NCBI GenBank assembly: GCA_051362555.1
Contig: CM120640.1
Span: 46,788,788-46,852,787 of the forward strand
Reading direction: 5' to 3'
From: Lingula anatina
Taxonomy: Eukaryota; Animalia; Brachiopoda
DNA length: 64,000 nt
Shown here: in pieces, positions 63,906 to 64,000 of the stretch
Layout of the letters: each line of letters starts with the position of its first letter
Position numbering within the stretch: position 1 is the first letter of the stretch
Made by a program: the position numbers and the translations under genes
The notes under the pieces: generated by a model
What the model was told of the DNA's origin: nothing
What the model saw: only the letters and a program-made list of their open reading frames with translations
The model's database searches: none

Positions 63906-63908
63906 TGC
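63906..63908 (-). CDS. Candidate 3-nt twitchin microexon (Ala)
   Basis: Long AG-free pyrimidine tract, then tctgaag|GCA|gtaagt. Confidence 0.4.
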
Positions 63909-64000
63909 CTTCAGACACCAAAGAAGAGAAAAGAAATGAATAACATCAAAATATATTCACACTTAATTGCAAACTAACAAAAATAAATGCCACATGAGAC

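Overview
AT-rich, intron-rich animal genomic DNA, most consistent with a lophotrochozoan and probably a mollusc (inferred from the twitchin architecture and repeat types). There are four protein-coding genes. (1) The first four coding exons of Greatwall/MASTL kinase (- strand, 5262-6557); its fourth intron is filled by a nested Helentron-like (HINE) repeat complex at 1-4830. (2) A complete 7-exon FAM199X-like gene (+, 7904-12684), head-to-head with MASTL. (3) A complete 10-exon ADAR1 (+, 13994-21083) with three intact-looking Z-alpha domains, one dsRBD and an intact deaminase domain. (4) The 3' ~38 kb of a twitchin gene (-, stop at about 23314, 5' end beyond the window) with 15 Fn3 domains, many Ig domains, a kinase and 4 C-terminal Ig domains, tail-to-tail with ADAR1. 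The most notable unannotated signal is a set of frame-preserving candidate microexons (3, 9, 9, 24, 24 and 33 nt). All of them lie in the three unusually long twitchin introns, and they would insert short peptides into Ig-domain loops or linkers. Exon coordinates were read by hand from GT-AG sites and frame continuity; no database search or expression data was used.
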